The notes below the pieces were generated by a model. The model made no database searches. It saw nothing but the letters and a program-made list of their open reading frames with translations, and had not been told where the DNA came from. 64,000 nucleotides of DNA. It comes from Paraphysomonas bandaiensis (lineage: Eukaryota; Protista; Chrysophyceae). The DNA is taken from assembly GCA_965644295.1 (NCBI GenBank), contig CBFFRP010000428.1, forward strand, positions 62,001 through 126,000. Direction: 5' to 3'. Made by a program: the position numbers and the translations under genes. Below, in pieces: positions 37,420 through 50,900 of the stretch (the stretch's first letter is position 1; every line of letters starts with the position of its first letter).

Positions 37420-37871
37420 AGTAAATATCTTATTATTAACAGTAGGCGTTTAAGAGTCAGTGCTAAACTATATGATAACCTACTATTCAACTATAAAAGC
37501 TGCTTGTGCCTCATCGCAAGAACCAAGGTGCAACCACTTTCGCTCTATCACTCAAAGCAGAATATTGATATACCCGATATCTGCTGACTTCAGGCTTCTT
37601 GAGTCCTTAAGGTGAACAGCCCGGATGTTTGACTTCAGTAGGCAGCCCAACAATACCCCGGGGATGCCCTTGAGGTGGGCCATTCCCGGATGCCTGTTTA
37701 TTCGTCAAGATCCAAAAAGACCTCTTACCTTGTACCATACAAGCATTTAGTTATAAGTGGGCAGAACATTATCTGCTGACTATATATACGGCTGACGTTA
37801 GTTTCCCGGAGAAATATCTCCGGTACTTATCCCCCAGAGAGCACCTTGAAAATATGCGAGTCCGACTTTGT
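37420..37871 (-). mobile_element. SINE-like element, copy C (more diverged)
   Basis: Colinear with copies A and B; no clear TSD found; an extra tail fragment lies at about 37285-37320. Confidence 0.75.
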
Positions 37872-38437
37872 ATTAGATATACTCATGACTCATGATACTA
37901 TACAGTCAATGTCACTAATATAATTTATATCATATATATTATTAGATCATGTTATACTGTTTCCTGGTTATCACTGCTGTATACTGTACATAACGTCGAA
38001 ATTCAAGTATTTTAAAATCGAGCTTTTCATTGCTTATAAGCAGAATAACCAACAAATTGGATCTGGCGCACATTAGCTCCTGAGACCCACCGAAGTTGAG
38101 ATTTATATAGAGTTGGACTATTTCAAAAAACCATAAGTTATGTGGCACTTTAAACTTTAATTGAATAAGATATTTGGTAGTTTCAAAGGAAAAGTTATGC
38201 ACTATTACTTGTATCAACAGAAATTCGTCAATGTAGTATTGCAAAGAATGATCAACAATGGTAGTCTCAATTATATTTAGTTGGGCCCTAAGTGTACTTT
38301 TCTTCATCAGAAAAATAATTATGCCAATTACACATACAAATTAATACTGAGACGAAAGTAGCAGATATTCAACAGTCGCATTAGCTCCCCACGTTAGACT
38401 GACACGTTCCCTGAAACTGATTATTAATACATGTACA

Positions 38438-41400
38438 TTATCTATTCTTCAGTTCGGTTCCCAGTAAGTACATAGAATCTCGTATGTCATTGTGCAAGTT
38501 GATAACAGCATGTTTCACCCTTGCAATGCCCATGAACACAAATTGTGATACAAAATACAAAGGAAACGAAAACCTCATAACAAGTGTTCGATAAGCATAC
38601 GAATCAACACATGCCAAACCCAGTATACGAGCAAAGAAGTATGGAAGTACCAGGCGGTCTATCAAAAACATTAAAATAGGGCATATGATCTCCACCAAAA
38701 TGAATGTGAAATCAACGCCAGAAAAGCCCGATCTGATTACTCTACTAAAACGGTCCCTCCATAAAGACTCGCCAAAAGCACCAACTAAAAGACACCTACA
38801 ATGCCATAACAGATAAGAGAAGAACCTCCTTTGCAGTCTACAAACCTCAGCCATACTTTCAAGAAGAGTAGCCCTATCGCCCAGCATTGCAATGGGGGGT
38901 ACGATGGTGTCTCATCCAACGGTGTTCTAAAAGGTATAACGACGACGGTTTCCAGCAGAATTCCTATTAAAAGGGGTATGACCGAAAACCAAATGCTGCC
39001 TAAAACTATTATCTTCAGAGATATCAAAAACCATTTCCATACAAGGACAGCCAGTGCACTCAATTCTGCGCTGTTGTTGGCCTCTTGCAAGATATACCTC
39101 ACCAAAAAGAAGCTGCCTAGTACGATGGCCAGTCCAACTGACAGTGTGTACAAGTCATTCTCAACAGAAACACTACGCGTATCATTAGTACTAGCTGCAA
39201 AAATATAAATAGTTGTGTACCTCAGGGCTCCTAAAGTCAGTCGTCCTATCATAATCGGTAGGTGGAATGCCCATGAAAAGAATACAACTGACGCAAAGAC
39301 TCCTGTCATAGCAAGAGCAATACAGCGAGCAAATATCCCTTTATCTCTGAATCTCGAATCACGCAAATCCAACCCATCCGCGGCGACATCAACACCGTCT
39401 GCAAGCGGTTCAATTTCACTCTCGTACTCTTGCATGGCGTTCGGTATTGCTCCTTCTAAAACTGCCCCTGCCTCATCGTCCTGTCCTTCATGCGGATGAG
39501 ATTCTGCTTCTTGCTCCTGTCCAAGAGCACCACCCACAATATCAACTGCCTCCGGTGTGCGATCAATACCTAACCCAATACGAGTGCGCTCCAATGTGTC
39601 CTGCACTACCTCCCCATCCAACAGATATTCGCTTACACCACAAACCTCACACATTGTAATTAAAAACCGGTGCACAAAAAATCTCATACATTCCCTATGG
39701 TGATATTTCTGGATCAGGAACGGCAACAGAAAATGAAAAACCAGTAGTTCTAGAGGCAGTTGGACATCATAATATAGCTCATCAAACTTTAATTTAAGCG
39801 GCACCCCAGTAGGGCAAAAAACGTGTCCAATTTTAACAGGCAGCATGATCATAAAGAGAATGCTTGGAATGTAATAACTAAGATTGAGTAAAAGTTTCTC
39901 CACTAGAGCTCGCACAGGCATGTTGCACAGTGAGTCGAGAGTACTATCGTCCGAAAAAAAGTGGTACTCTGGCAGACACCTCGACATAACATTCTCTTTG
40001 AGGATTCGCCTTAGCTCTGACATAAACACTGCTACGTGTGTGGAAAAGAAGAATCCTACCAAAAAGTGTACCAGTGTACATATAACAGGTCGCTCCTGGA
40101 AAAAAAGCAATCTCCGTTGAATGGTGGTGTCAAAAACCCTCAACGTCACTATATCAATGAGCCAACCCATCAAATGGGGAATACACACCATCTCCATGGT
40201 CAAGTACATAGAGAGCTTCACCCACTTTTTAAACTCGTCCACAAAGGAGTGCAGCCTGGCTCTGATATGGGGATACAGCTCTCGCCTTTCTCCTCCAGCA
40301 AGGATTACACCAGAGAGCACAACGAAAGCTGCAGATAGCACCAGAGAATACCCACACACCGCCTCCAGAGCAACACTTGCACGCGAAACGATAAGATCAG
40401 CTGATAAAGGGGTCATATAGACATTTTCCAAAAGAGCAGGCCACAAAACTGGACCCGCACCAGCACCTTCTGAAGGGATAATACGATTAACGTCCGAGTT
40501 GTTGAGCCCTGCACTGAATAGCATAGATGCAACACCCGCCTTCAAAGGACCTAGTCCCCACGAATGGAAACCCAAAAGCCACAACAGAGACCTTCCCAGT
40601 ATAACAGGGAACACTTCTGCAAGAATAACGAAGAGTGCATTGTAGAGACACAAAAAAAGAGCATGTGATGCAGACTCCCAGAGTGAGCCACCGAAGATGG
40701 TGAGATCTTGCAGGTCTACTGCAACTGCATCCACACCAGCCCCACCGCCAGCTACAGGCACTCCACGATCACCTGCTACTGGTACTCCACGATCTCCTGC
40801 TACAGGTACATCATGCTCTAGCAATCGCCAAAAATTGACCTCGCCTCGCGCATTATCGGCCTGGTTCTCAGCGACATGCTCTGTATCATCATTGTTGTCA
40901 TTGAAATCCGGTTCCGACCTATCATCGCTGTCCGAACCTGATTCTGTTCTACCTTCACTCTCACCATCTCCACCCTGCACCTCAACTTCTACTGCTGCTC
41001 CCTGGCTACTGACTCCTTCCACCTCGCCTGTGCTCTCATTTTCGGGTGCAGTTTCACCGGTGGCATCCTGCATAGTGGGACCAGCAGTAACATTCTGTTG
41101 TCGGGTGCGAGGAGGTCCGTATATCTCCTACACAGCACAAGAGTTATAGAGTAGATGTCATTGTCGAGAGTTGCACTTACATCATGAAGGTAACGTGTCA
41201 GTTGTATTGCACCTAATGACATGAGCACTATGGATGCTGATATTATGATTCCATTCCACCATCGTGACAGCAGCTCCAGTGATGGGGTAAAATAAGAAAC
41301 GAGGTGCCATGACACTTGGTCATTTAGAATTAGTATAGTGCACTGATCCACCCACCATGCTGTGAAGAAAGGCACAACTAGTAACCATAGAAAAGACAAA

Positions 41401-41768
41401 ATTGTCCCTTTACAAAACTGAAATATTATGCGCCCAATACGAGGCATGACACCGCAAATAAACTCAAACATGCTCAGCGTGGACGGTGCATCTTCAGCGT
41501 ACACTCTCCTAAATGAAAACTTTTCACCACATAATTCACATTTCGGTTCTGACTGTTTGGAGACTCTGAGCCACTCCATGAGACAGTCCTGATGAACGAA
41601 TTTAATGGATCCGTCGCATCTGCAGGGGTGGAATAGAGGTCGAGAGGGTTCACTCTCACCGTGACAGACTCGACAGCACTCATCCCCTTCAGAGCACTCA
41701 GATTCACCTGATCCTGTATTCCAGAGGCTCTCAGGTGCCCCTGTTTCTTTACTGTCAACTGCATTCAT
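38438..41768 (-). CDS. MARCH6 / Doa10 / SUD1-like RING-CH E3 ubiquitin ligase, multi-exon
   Basis: CRVCHG...LFHPCRCDGSIKFVHQDCLMEWL...CELC; many TM helices; FMSELRRILK, PLELLVFH and IRDSMYLLGTELKN. Confidence 0.93.
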
Positions 41769-42545
41769 GTCTGTGTTGAGCTCCACTGATCTGTCAGTGT
41801 ATACGTATGTATATAGGAGAGAGTTGCCGATAGAGAGATGCGATATGCTGAAGATGATACAGCGGAATCAGGGAGAGAAAGTACGCATACGAGTATCTGC
41901 TTTCAGAGGGCGAATAAGGAGTAGTGAGTACAGTACACATTCATCACACTTATATATGCAGTGTGTGTACAGTGTAGTATATATAGCCGCCTGTCATATA
42001 TGCAGTATACGTATACACATAGAGAGGAGGGTATGTATTAGCTATATACAGTCTTCTGTCATAGTTCTGTATTACAGTACTACAAAACCGTATTCTTCAC
42101 AGCTGAATTTTCCTTGTCCGTGTACATGCATCTGGACATGCGCTGCAGCAGTGGTGTGGCAGAGTGAAGGCCATATCCGCAGTGACATCAAAGCCCACTA
42201 TTCCATGATGGTATTGTTGCACAGTGTTCTCCAAGTCGTCACTGGAGTGGTAGCACTCATCAGTCGATATTTGTGAATCTTGGCTCTTGTCAGTCCAAGT
42301 GTATATATACAGTATCTTCATATACAGATATACAGAACGAGAAAGAACATTCTTCACCCGCACTTCTACTTCACAACCTCAACTTAAGTGCATCGAAGTT
42401 GAGAATAATGAGTAATTGAATTCACTCTCTGTATTGTACGCATATATGCATATGTACGTATATGTGTATATGTTATGGTCAGAGCATCATTGTGGCTATC
42501 TAGCCATGTCATAACAAACGTAAGCTATAACAAACCTCCGCACAT

Positions 42546-43421
42546 ATGTCTCATAAAACGAAACCTCTTTTCCCCTCCCTTCCATCTCTCCCTAACTGGG
42601 AAGAAGATCAAGAGAGTGATGATAGCGGCGATGAACCCGGAGAGTTAAAGATGATGCAGCTGTTGCGTGATCTTCAGATGGCTAAAGCTCATCAAAGTGA
42701 AGCCAGGAAGGTCACACAAACATTCATGTCTCTTTTTCTCATACTGTAATGACAGAGGCGTGCACAGGAGAAGATAGTGGACGATGCGCAGAATGAATAT
42801 CTACTCGAGCTCAAAGAGTTAGTGTCCCACTCACTGTACCTGTACATGTACCTGTGTGCTCACCTGCTGCTCCTGCTTCTATGACAGGGAAGTGGCCAGA
42901 ATTAAGCGTAAACGTGGAACTCGTGCTAATAAGGTATATCAATATAAAAGGTCTATTTGTTGATTAGTCCTTCGCTAGCTTATCGTGAAGCTCTCTAAAA
43001 GACAAGATGATATCAATACTGCCATCAAGGTAGTGTCATTGTTTCTGACCCTTCAACTCATGAGTGCTTTTAATAACTGTAGAAAATAAATAGTTTTGAG
43101 CAGGAAAAGAAACGGGTCAAAGAGAAATGTGAAGCGATGGTTCAGGCTCTTATAGACAGATTTGATGCTGTTCGGACTTCATGTGAGGAAATGGCAGAAC
43201 GAGACCGCGTGGATATGTCCACAGACGTCGAAGAGTGCAAAAAGCAGGTCCTATATGTGCGCCTGTATATCTGTAATGCTTACTTATAGAATACATGCTT
43301 GTAGATTGAAGAGAGACTTGAGCAAATGAAAATAAGGGTAAATCATATGGATAATGAACTGAAGCAGAAACCTGATCCATTATCCACCTTAATGAATGCT
43401 CTAATAGCGCAGTCTGTTTGA
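42546..43421 (+). CDS. Uncharacterised small coiled-coil protein, about 6 exons
   Basis: Five GT-AG introns give an open spliced frame ending ...LMNALIAQSV*; family not recognised. Confidence 0.7.
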
Positions 43422-43960
43422 AGTCGGATGTTGTAAAACTTATATGTTTTATTTGAGAATATTTTCTCAAACACCGCGCACGGATATGCCAGCGGACATT
43501 GTACGTACTTATATCGAATTTATTGCAGCGATCTTTAGTGTTTCAGGGCGGGTGTTTAGGTAGTTTGATGTTGATGTATAAGATTTAGTAATATATATGT
43601 GTATATTGTATATCTTGTATGTATCTGGAATTTATATCATTTATCATTTGCTTTTTTTAGAAGCAGATTCTATTTTTCAGTAAGGGGCTTTTTAAGGTTC
43701 GTTTTTTTCTGTTAGTATATGGTACATGTTGAAGCAAGACACAACTTTACCGCATTATATATAAAATATCCTCTATACTCCATACTAAGATATAAACTCA
43801 AAACTACTATATCCAGGTAACACAGCGAATAAACCATTAAATATAAGTAACATTATTACTTTAACATTAATACTTGCTCATAAGTGTGCTCCTACCAATA
43901 TAGTCGACCGTGGCCACTTATACACGTGGCGTACAAGTCACAACTGCATACAACTATCAA

Positions 43961-44749
43961 CTACGTAATGTATCTGGTTATACGTTGGCAATGAGTGCTG
44001 CCAAGTTCGTCAACTGCAAGCTGCAGCTCCTTCTGTAGTCTTTTCATGTTTGCATAATCACTCTGCAAATGCATACTTTCAATCGATCGGCTCTCCGTTT
44101 CGCTTCCAGTTGGAAGTTGGAGATCTAACCTCAACTGAAATTTAGGGGTAGTGGTAACACTGAGATTTCGTCGAGCCAGCTACAACAATAGTTACACCAC
44201 ATTAACTACTACTACACATCTCTACCTCCATATCCACACGCCATGAGAGATTAGTAAAACGTGGATGGGAAATATCAAGAACACTCTTAAGAGCGCCTAG
44301 GCTTCTTTTATTATTCCGGTAACACTGTCCAATAGTACAGAGTTAGTTTGTCTTTCGAGTCTAGACAATTTACAAACCGTAGAAAACTTGTCCGCAAGTT
44401 CACTTGGAACCCCGACCTGACGAAGAGTTGCAGAAACAATAGATGGATCGCTCGGTGATCCTTTTATAAATTCCCACAGAATTGCGCCTGCAGAGTGTAA
44501 CAGTGACGTCAAATTGTCTTGCTTCACTCCAATTGTGCCAGCTAGGTTTTGAATTTCATCAGTCACTTCCGCGCCTTGAATAAGTGCAACGGACATCCTT
44601 AGAAACTCTTCATGAACTGTATTTACCACAGAATAGGTTACCATAGCACGCTCTATGCCCATTAACATACCTTCACTGGGGATGAGAGATATCTGCTGCA
44701 CCTGCTCGATAAGAGAGTCATCCAGAGTAATATACTTTCCGGCGGACAT
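43961..44749 (-). CDS. COMMD2: COMM domain protein, COMMD2-like
   Basis: PRFTNLSWRVDME|LARRNL...LQSDYANMKRLQKELQLAVDELGSTHCQRITRYIT resembles the COMMD2 C-terminus. Confidence 0.8.
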
Positions 44750-45311
44750 TAAATAGTGCTTGTCTCACAGTCCGATCGGTTCAATTGTCTTCTTATGATC
44801 CTTGTGACTCTATTGGTGATGTTGTTATAACTACTGAAGCAAAGCACACTCATATCACTCACCTTCACCTGAAATACTCTGCACTGGAAATAATATGCTA
44901 TATCTTGACTCAAAACCCATGGTTTATAGAGTGATGCCTATATTTTAGAGTATTTATCCAATCGTCGTCCAATATTTTGACCCCTATATATACAGCAGTG
45001 CATATACCGCAGTGGGGTGGAGCAGCAGGTACATGTATATGACTGTTTGTATACTGTACTGCTGTGTGCAGTGCAGTGGGCAGTATGAGCAGCGGCACTC
45101 ACCCTCCTCTCATTGGAACTAACACACCCCATATAGCATATATTGAAGATCGCGGTAGAGGAATGGGCTCTTGCTGTGTGTAGCAACAGGACTGAACATC
45201 AATCACACTAACTGACAGCGTATCACTGTACCTGTCCATACATATACATACATATACAGCTATAGCCATATCCGCACACACACATACATATACAGACACA
45301 CACACACAGAG

Positions 45312-47678
45312 ATGTCAGCTGATAATTCCAGTAGTGAATCAAGAAGTGGTAAGTCGTATAAGTGGACTCCGAGTGCTCCGTCCAGCATATCGATCGATCC
45401 CAAACTAGCTGCTGAACAGCTGGCCGGCACCGGATCCGTTAAGCGTGCCTTTGATATGGACGATCTCGGCTTCAATTATTTGAATGTATCACTCGGCATG
45501 GCCAGTCGGAATCAGTCTGGCTCTAACACGAGAAAAAGCGGAGTCGGTAATGATAGCAGTGCGGCCAAACATCCAACAATAAATTCTAATGACTTGTCCG
45601 GACGACGCTTTGCTAGTAGACCTGATGATCTTATGTCCCGATATACTCCTACCGATGGATCGGGTCACCACCACAGTACAGTGAAGGTCTCTTGCTTTCC
45701 TACACATAATCGTGCTGTCCGTAGCAGCGCCGCCAACCCTGCCCCATCTCCCACTAGACATGATTTTGATAAGAGAGCGCCTGCGCCGGAACCCTCTGTT
45801 TCAACGCAGGGACTTCGATATTCTCCTCAGCCATTAAACGTGCAACAAAACGCTACTCCAGTTGTCACGTACACTTCACAGGAAAGTTCTACAAATACAG
45901 CTTCCACTGACTCCAGGCCAATTAGGATGTATCCCACCCAAGGTCATACTGACGCAGCATCGCACCAACAGCGATTGGGTAGTGAGAAAACTAGCAATAG
46001 TAGAGTAGGCGAGGTAGCATTGGGTGCTACTCTTAAGCGTGGAGGATCGAATACCCATGTATCTACTACTCCTTCTGTGGGCAAGAAGAAAACAGTACCG
46101 GCAGATGGTGCATTTATTGACTGGGCGAAAATGCAACCAACCCAGGAGGTTGTCCGACGTATGGAACAGCAGGGGATAAAGGCAGATACTGGGACTAACA
46201 AAGCTGGTAATACTCTCATGCATGGCGCCTGCGAGACTGGGAATCTTTCTCTGGTGTTTTTACTATATGAGCTCTACCCGGCTACCCAACTTTCGGTTAC
46301 AAATAACTCTGGACTCCTTCCTGTTCATATAGCCTGTCAAAAAGGCATGATACATATAGTGAAGTTTATCTTGGATAATAAGCACGCGGATGCATCTGTG
46401 ACCACCAGAGATGGGCGCACCTGTCTACACCTTGCAGCGCAGAATAATCATATCGAGTTGGTAACTTACCTTGTGGAAGTTATGCCGCATGAAGCGCTGT
46501 GGAAGACAGAAAGTTGTGGTACGACTGTGTGTATTATATGTGTTATGTGCGTGATATTGTTTTCAGGTCTATCGGCCTTGCATGTGGCTTGCATGGAAAA
46601 TCACATGGAAGTTGTGAAAGCGTTGACAAGAGCTCCTGGCGCCGATCTCTCTCTTCCTGACAGTAGGGGTAGAACCTCTTTGGACATTGCTTGTATTCTA
46701 GGCCATCTATCTTTGGTTAAAGTTATATTATCTCTTCCGAACGATTTGCGTCCTGACTTGAGGACACGAAGCGGAAATAACGGCTACACTTGTTTGCACT
46801 GGGCGTGTGCGAATCACCAATACGCAGTTATCAAGCACTTAGTTCAGGAGGAACATATGAGCATCACACTCCGTGATAAGAATAACCTCACTCCTGATCA
46901 ACTTGTGGACGATGCAGTGGTGTCTCTCATACTGTCTGAGTACGGATGTGAAGGCGACGAAGATGATGAAGAGGAGGAAGGGTCGGTGTATGACTCTGTT
47001 TGTGAAGAAGACGTAGATGACGAAGGAGAAGAATATGAAGACGAAGATGACGATGACGAAGATGATGAAGAAGACAGTGAGGAAGAATCTGAATCTGTTG
47101 CTAGTACGAATAAATCTGAAGAGTTAGTAGAGAAAGGGTCTAGAAAACCCAAAGGGACTAAATCTGACCGAATCAATGACAGCGGAAGATCGTCGAGTCC
47201 TAATATGCAGGAGGGAGTGGACAGTGCCCTGTTCGTCCTTGTCATGGATGAGTCAAATTTGCCGGAACTGGAGGAGTGCCTTGGTGTGGCCCCACATATT
47301 AAACGGGACGTGCGATCTATTAAGGAGGAAGGCACCGGGGACTCTCTGTTACACGCCGCATGTCGTTGTAAATACCTCGCCACAGTTCAGTTTCTTGTAG
47401 AAGGTGTCGGTTCCGACGTGAACAGCGTGAATAATGAAGGGAAAACATGCCTCCATTGTGCTATTGCATCCGACCATGTATCGATTGTTAGGTATCTAGT
47501 TAAGTTTTGCGGGGCCGCGTTGGACATCAAGGATAGGTCTGGAAAGACTGCAATAGACTTATGCAACGAGCTGCCAAACAATTCAAACTCCGAAGAGATA
47601 AAGCGTATTGTGACGAAGGGAAGTCAAAAGAGCGTCACAAAAAGAACAAAGGTTTCTATTCCAAATTTTTCAGCTTAG
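45312..47678 (+). CDS. Ankyrin-repeat protein with acidic linker; paralogue of 23058-26438
   Basis: Same ankyrin core and 48-nt intron; D/E tract; C-terminal ankyrin repeats. Confidence 0.9.
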   Translation: MSADNSSSESRSGKSYKWTPSAPSSISIDPKLAAEQLAGTGSVKRAFDMDDLGFNYLNVSLGMASRNQSGSNTRKSGVGNDSSAAKHPTINSNDLSGRRFASRPDDLMSRYTPTDGSGHHHSTVKVSCFPTHNRAVRSSAANPAPSPTRHDFDKRAPAPEPSVSTQGLRYSPQPLNVQQNATPVVTYTSQESSTNTASTDSRPIRMYPTQGHTDAASHQQRLGSEKTSNSRVGEVALGATLKRGGSNTHVSTTPSVGKKKTVPADGAFIDWAKMQPTQEVVRRMEQQGIKADTGTNKAGNTLMHGACETGNLSLVFLLYELYPATQLSVTNNSGLLPVHIACQKGMIHIVKFILDNKHADASVTTRDGRTCLHLAAQNNHIELVTYLVEVMPHEALWKTESCGTTVCIICVMCVILFSGLSALHVACMENHMEVVKALTRAPGADLSLPDSRGRTSLDIACILGHLSLVKVILSLPNDLRPDLRTRSGNNGYTCLHWACANHQYAVIKHLVQEEHMSITLRDKNNLTPDQLVDDAVVSLILSEYGCEGDEDDEEEEGSVYDSVCEEDVDDEGEEYEDEDDDDEDDEEDSEEESESVASTNKSEELVEKGSRKPKGTKSDRINDSGRSSSPNMQEGVDSALFVLVMDESNLPELEECLGVAPHIKRDVRSIKEEGTGDSLLHAACRCKYLATVQFLVEGVGSDVNSVNNEGKTCLHCAIASDHVSIVRYLVKFCGAALDIKDRSGKTAIDLCNELPNNSNSEEIKRIVTKGSQKSVTKRTKVSIPNFSA

Positions 47679-47995
47679 TAGTATGTAGTGGCATGTATTT
47701 ACTTATAGAAGATCGTGCTATTTCTGTATCTATATTATGTAGTAGTATTGCATATCAATTGGATCATATCGGCTTGATTACGATAGATATATAAAAAAGT
47801 GGACGTCGATTACGACAGGTACTTATTTCTGAACAAGTAAAAAGATAAGAGTAATTACAACTGCGAATAGTTCCAAAAGACGCAGCGTATAACCCTGTAT
47901 TATTGTGGTTTTTATACCATAACTCATTTAATGTACTGCATAAACTTAACACAGCGATACTTTATCTACACTTAATTTTAATTCCTTGAGCTCTG

Positions 47996-50900
47996 TGTTG
48001 AGTTTTTGCTGTTTGTGAGCAATTAAAAGCTGTAGTTTCCAAGATATTAGAATTATATCCGTTACTCAAAGAATACAGTAGTAGCTAGCTGTAGTATGAG
48101 AACCAATAATATGATAGCCATTGTAGTGATAAAACTGAAATATACTGACTGTACAAGATAGTGACGATGTAAGATCGTACTAGAAATGGTTGGTGTAGTA
48201 GAGATAGAAAGAGTTGGTGAACGTCAATGAATGAAGTATGGTATCTCTTATAATTATATAATATTCCATATAAGTGTTAACAAAGGTCTTATTACTAAAA
48301 ATGTCTATTTCTAACATGGTAGCAGACAGTAGTTCGGAGTGGAAACTTCTTCCTAAATTTGATCAGTTCGGTGTAGTGAATTGGTCAAAGAATCTGAAAG
48401 TGTGGTTGATGAGGAAGAACAGGAACCATCTGGGTCTAGAGGACCGTCCAGTAAGACCAGCAAATAATGCGCCAGTGACAGTCCGAAATAAGTACAAGGA
48501 GGATCTGGACAAGTGGCTGGAGAGGAAAGACACGTGCATCAGTTCGATATTTGAAGCTGTTCAACCAGTCGCTGAAGCCCTTGAGATCGTGGATCAGTAC
48601 TTCCGGGAAAAGGATATGCTCCCGCAGGACCATCCTGATAAAGAGCAGTTAGCGAGTGAACTCATCTCTAGGTTAATTGTTCGGTTTCGAGGGGAAATCC
48701 AATATGAATTAGTTGAATTGAATAAGAAGTTTGCAGGATTCAAAATTCTACCGGGGGAACTCGTGTGCGCAGCAATCGATCGACTAAACGGCATCTGTCA
48801 AAAAATGTCCGAGTTGGGGGAACCACCCACTGACATCGCTAAAAAAACGAAGTTACAGACTGCCCTCGAAACACGAAGCGATTTGGAGCAATTGTACACC
48901 AATCTCTACCTACAAGGTGACATAACCTTTATTGATATGATCACCATATGCAGGAGATACGATCAGGCAAAAGGTGTCCCGAAAGAAGGCACCGACGAAG
49001 TAAACATGAATTCCACTGCTGATGAAAATGAGGTGTGCAGCTATCCCAAATGTGGCAAACGGGGTCACTCACAAAAATCGTGCTGGAAGAAGAAGAGAGA
49101 CCTTAAGATCGCGAAATTAAGAAGGCAGGGAAAGAGTCGTGGCGCTAGGAATCGATCTGAGAGTCGCAGAGACAACAACGAGAAGAAAAAATCAGATGGC
49201 TGCTATGTATGTGGAGACACCAGACATCGTGCGTATAAGTGCAAATTTCGTGCTCAAGTACGTAGTGACTCTGCCCAAGGAGACAAAAACCGGCCATTTT
49301 TGGACGAAAAGCCTGCAAAACGCACAGATTGGAATCGTTTTTTGCGGAGAGAGGAGCAAGAGGAAGATTCGGACTCTGTGAACATGATTATGTATGAGGA
49401 ACCGCATGATGATTCATGTGTCTCTGAAGAGGTGCTACACACTTCCGATGAATCCGTGTATTTAGACAGCTGTGCCTCTAATAAACTGTTCATTGTTAAG
49501 GACAGAAATTTCCTTCATACGGTCAAGAAGGAGGATGGAAATATACAGACAACCAGAGCTGGATCCAGTTTACACTATGAGGAAACTGGAGGCTTTGGCG
49601 ATTGGACTGACATCAAGATCTGCCCTGGATCAGTCAAGAATATCTGCTCTGGAGGAATACTCCGTTCTCACGGGTATGGATTGCAGTTGTTGAACAAGCC
49701 CACTGTTGTGCGACTTGATACTGGGGAGACTGTATTGGAGGCAACCTACTCAAGCAACGGAATGCCTTATGTAAATTTACAGGAAATACTTGATCTTCCA
49801 AATTTGACAATGCTGGAGGAAGTATATTTGTCCGACAAGGTGCATGAAGATCCGTTAGAGATGTTACACAAGCGCTGTGGACACGTCAGCAAACATAAGC
49901 TGATTGAAGCGTTTAAACACAGACTTTTTACCGGGAGCGGATTAACCCGACGACATCTCAGCAAGAAGAGTTTACGAAAAATGAAAGGTATTTGTAAAGC
50001 TTGCGCAAAATCAAAGATGACAAGGAAATCATTCACCGCAAAGAGAGATGACGAACTGCAAGCTACAGAGTTCCTTGAGAAGGTTTCTGTGGACATTGCT
50101 GTATATTTCAATTGCTCATCCAGACAAGGATACAAATATGTTCTGACATTATCAGATATAGCCACCAAGGAGTTTTGGGAATATCCGTTGGAGACACGGT
50201 CTGCGAATGAGGTGTTGAGTTGCGTGAAGGACTGGGTTGAGCGTAAACTCCCTACATATCCCGGTTCACACCGGTTGATACAGTACCATTCGGATGGGGG
50301 GGCTGAGTTGATCGACAAGTCCATTCAGCAATACTTAATGAGCAAGTTTGGAACTAGCATCACTTGGAGCTCCACAGACAGCCCTGAGATGAATGGTGTA
50401 TCTGAGCGTAGGAATCGAACATTGGGAGAAATGACTCTGGCTCTGTTAATGGACTCAGGATTACCCGTAATTTTTTGGTGGGATGCTTATGTATATGCAT
50501 GCATGATAGTTCGACGAATGCCTACACGTACATATCGAGGTTGGATGTCTCCAATGGAATGCGTCCCAGGAGGTTCAGTCCCTGACTTATCGAGATTTCG
50601 ACGCTGGGGGTGCAAGGCTTATGTGCTTATTCCCAAAGGTGATCGTCGAAAGGACTGGCAGGAGAAGTCGCAGACTGGGTATTTCATAGGTCTATCCAAT
50701 ACGAAAAAGGGATCCCGTGTGTGGCTTGGTGACAAAGAAGTCGTATCAGTACATGTTCTGTATGATGAAAGTATACCTCCAAGAGATAAGGAGTACTATG
50801 CAGAGCTTGAAGAGGCCTTAGTCAAAACTGACCCATTAGATCGATCAGTTGAAGAGTTTAAACATCTGATTGGTTCGTATCATGTGGACGACGGGTTTCT

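Noticed and set aside
46519-46566. In-frame stopless introns read through by the ORF finder (also in AAAP, MARCH6 and COG2)
   Set aside because: Canonical GT-AG; expected by chance for very short introns; no introner-like similarity between unrelated introns seen.
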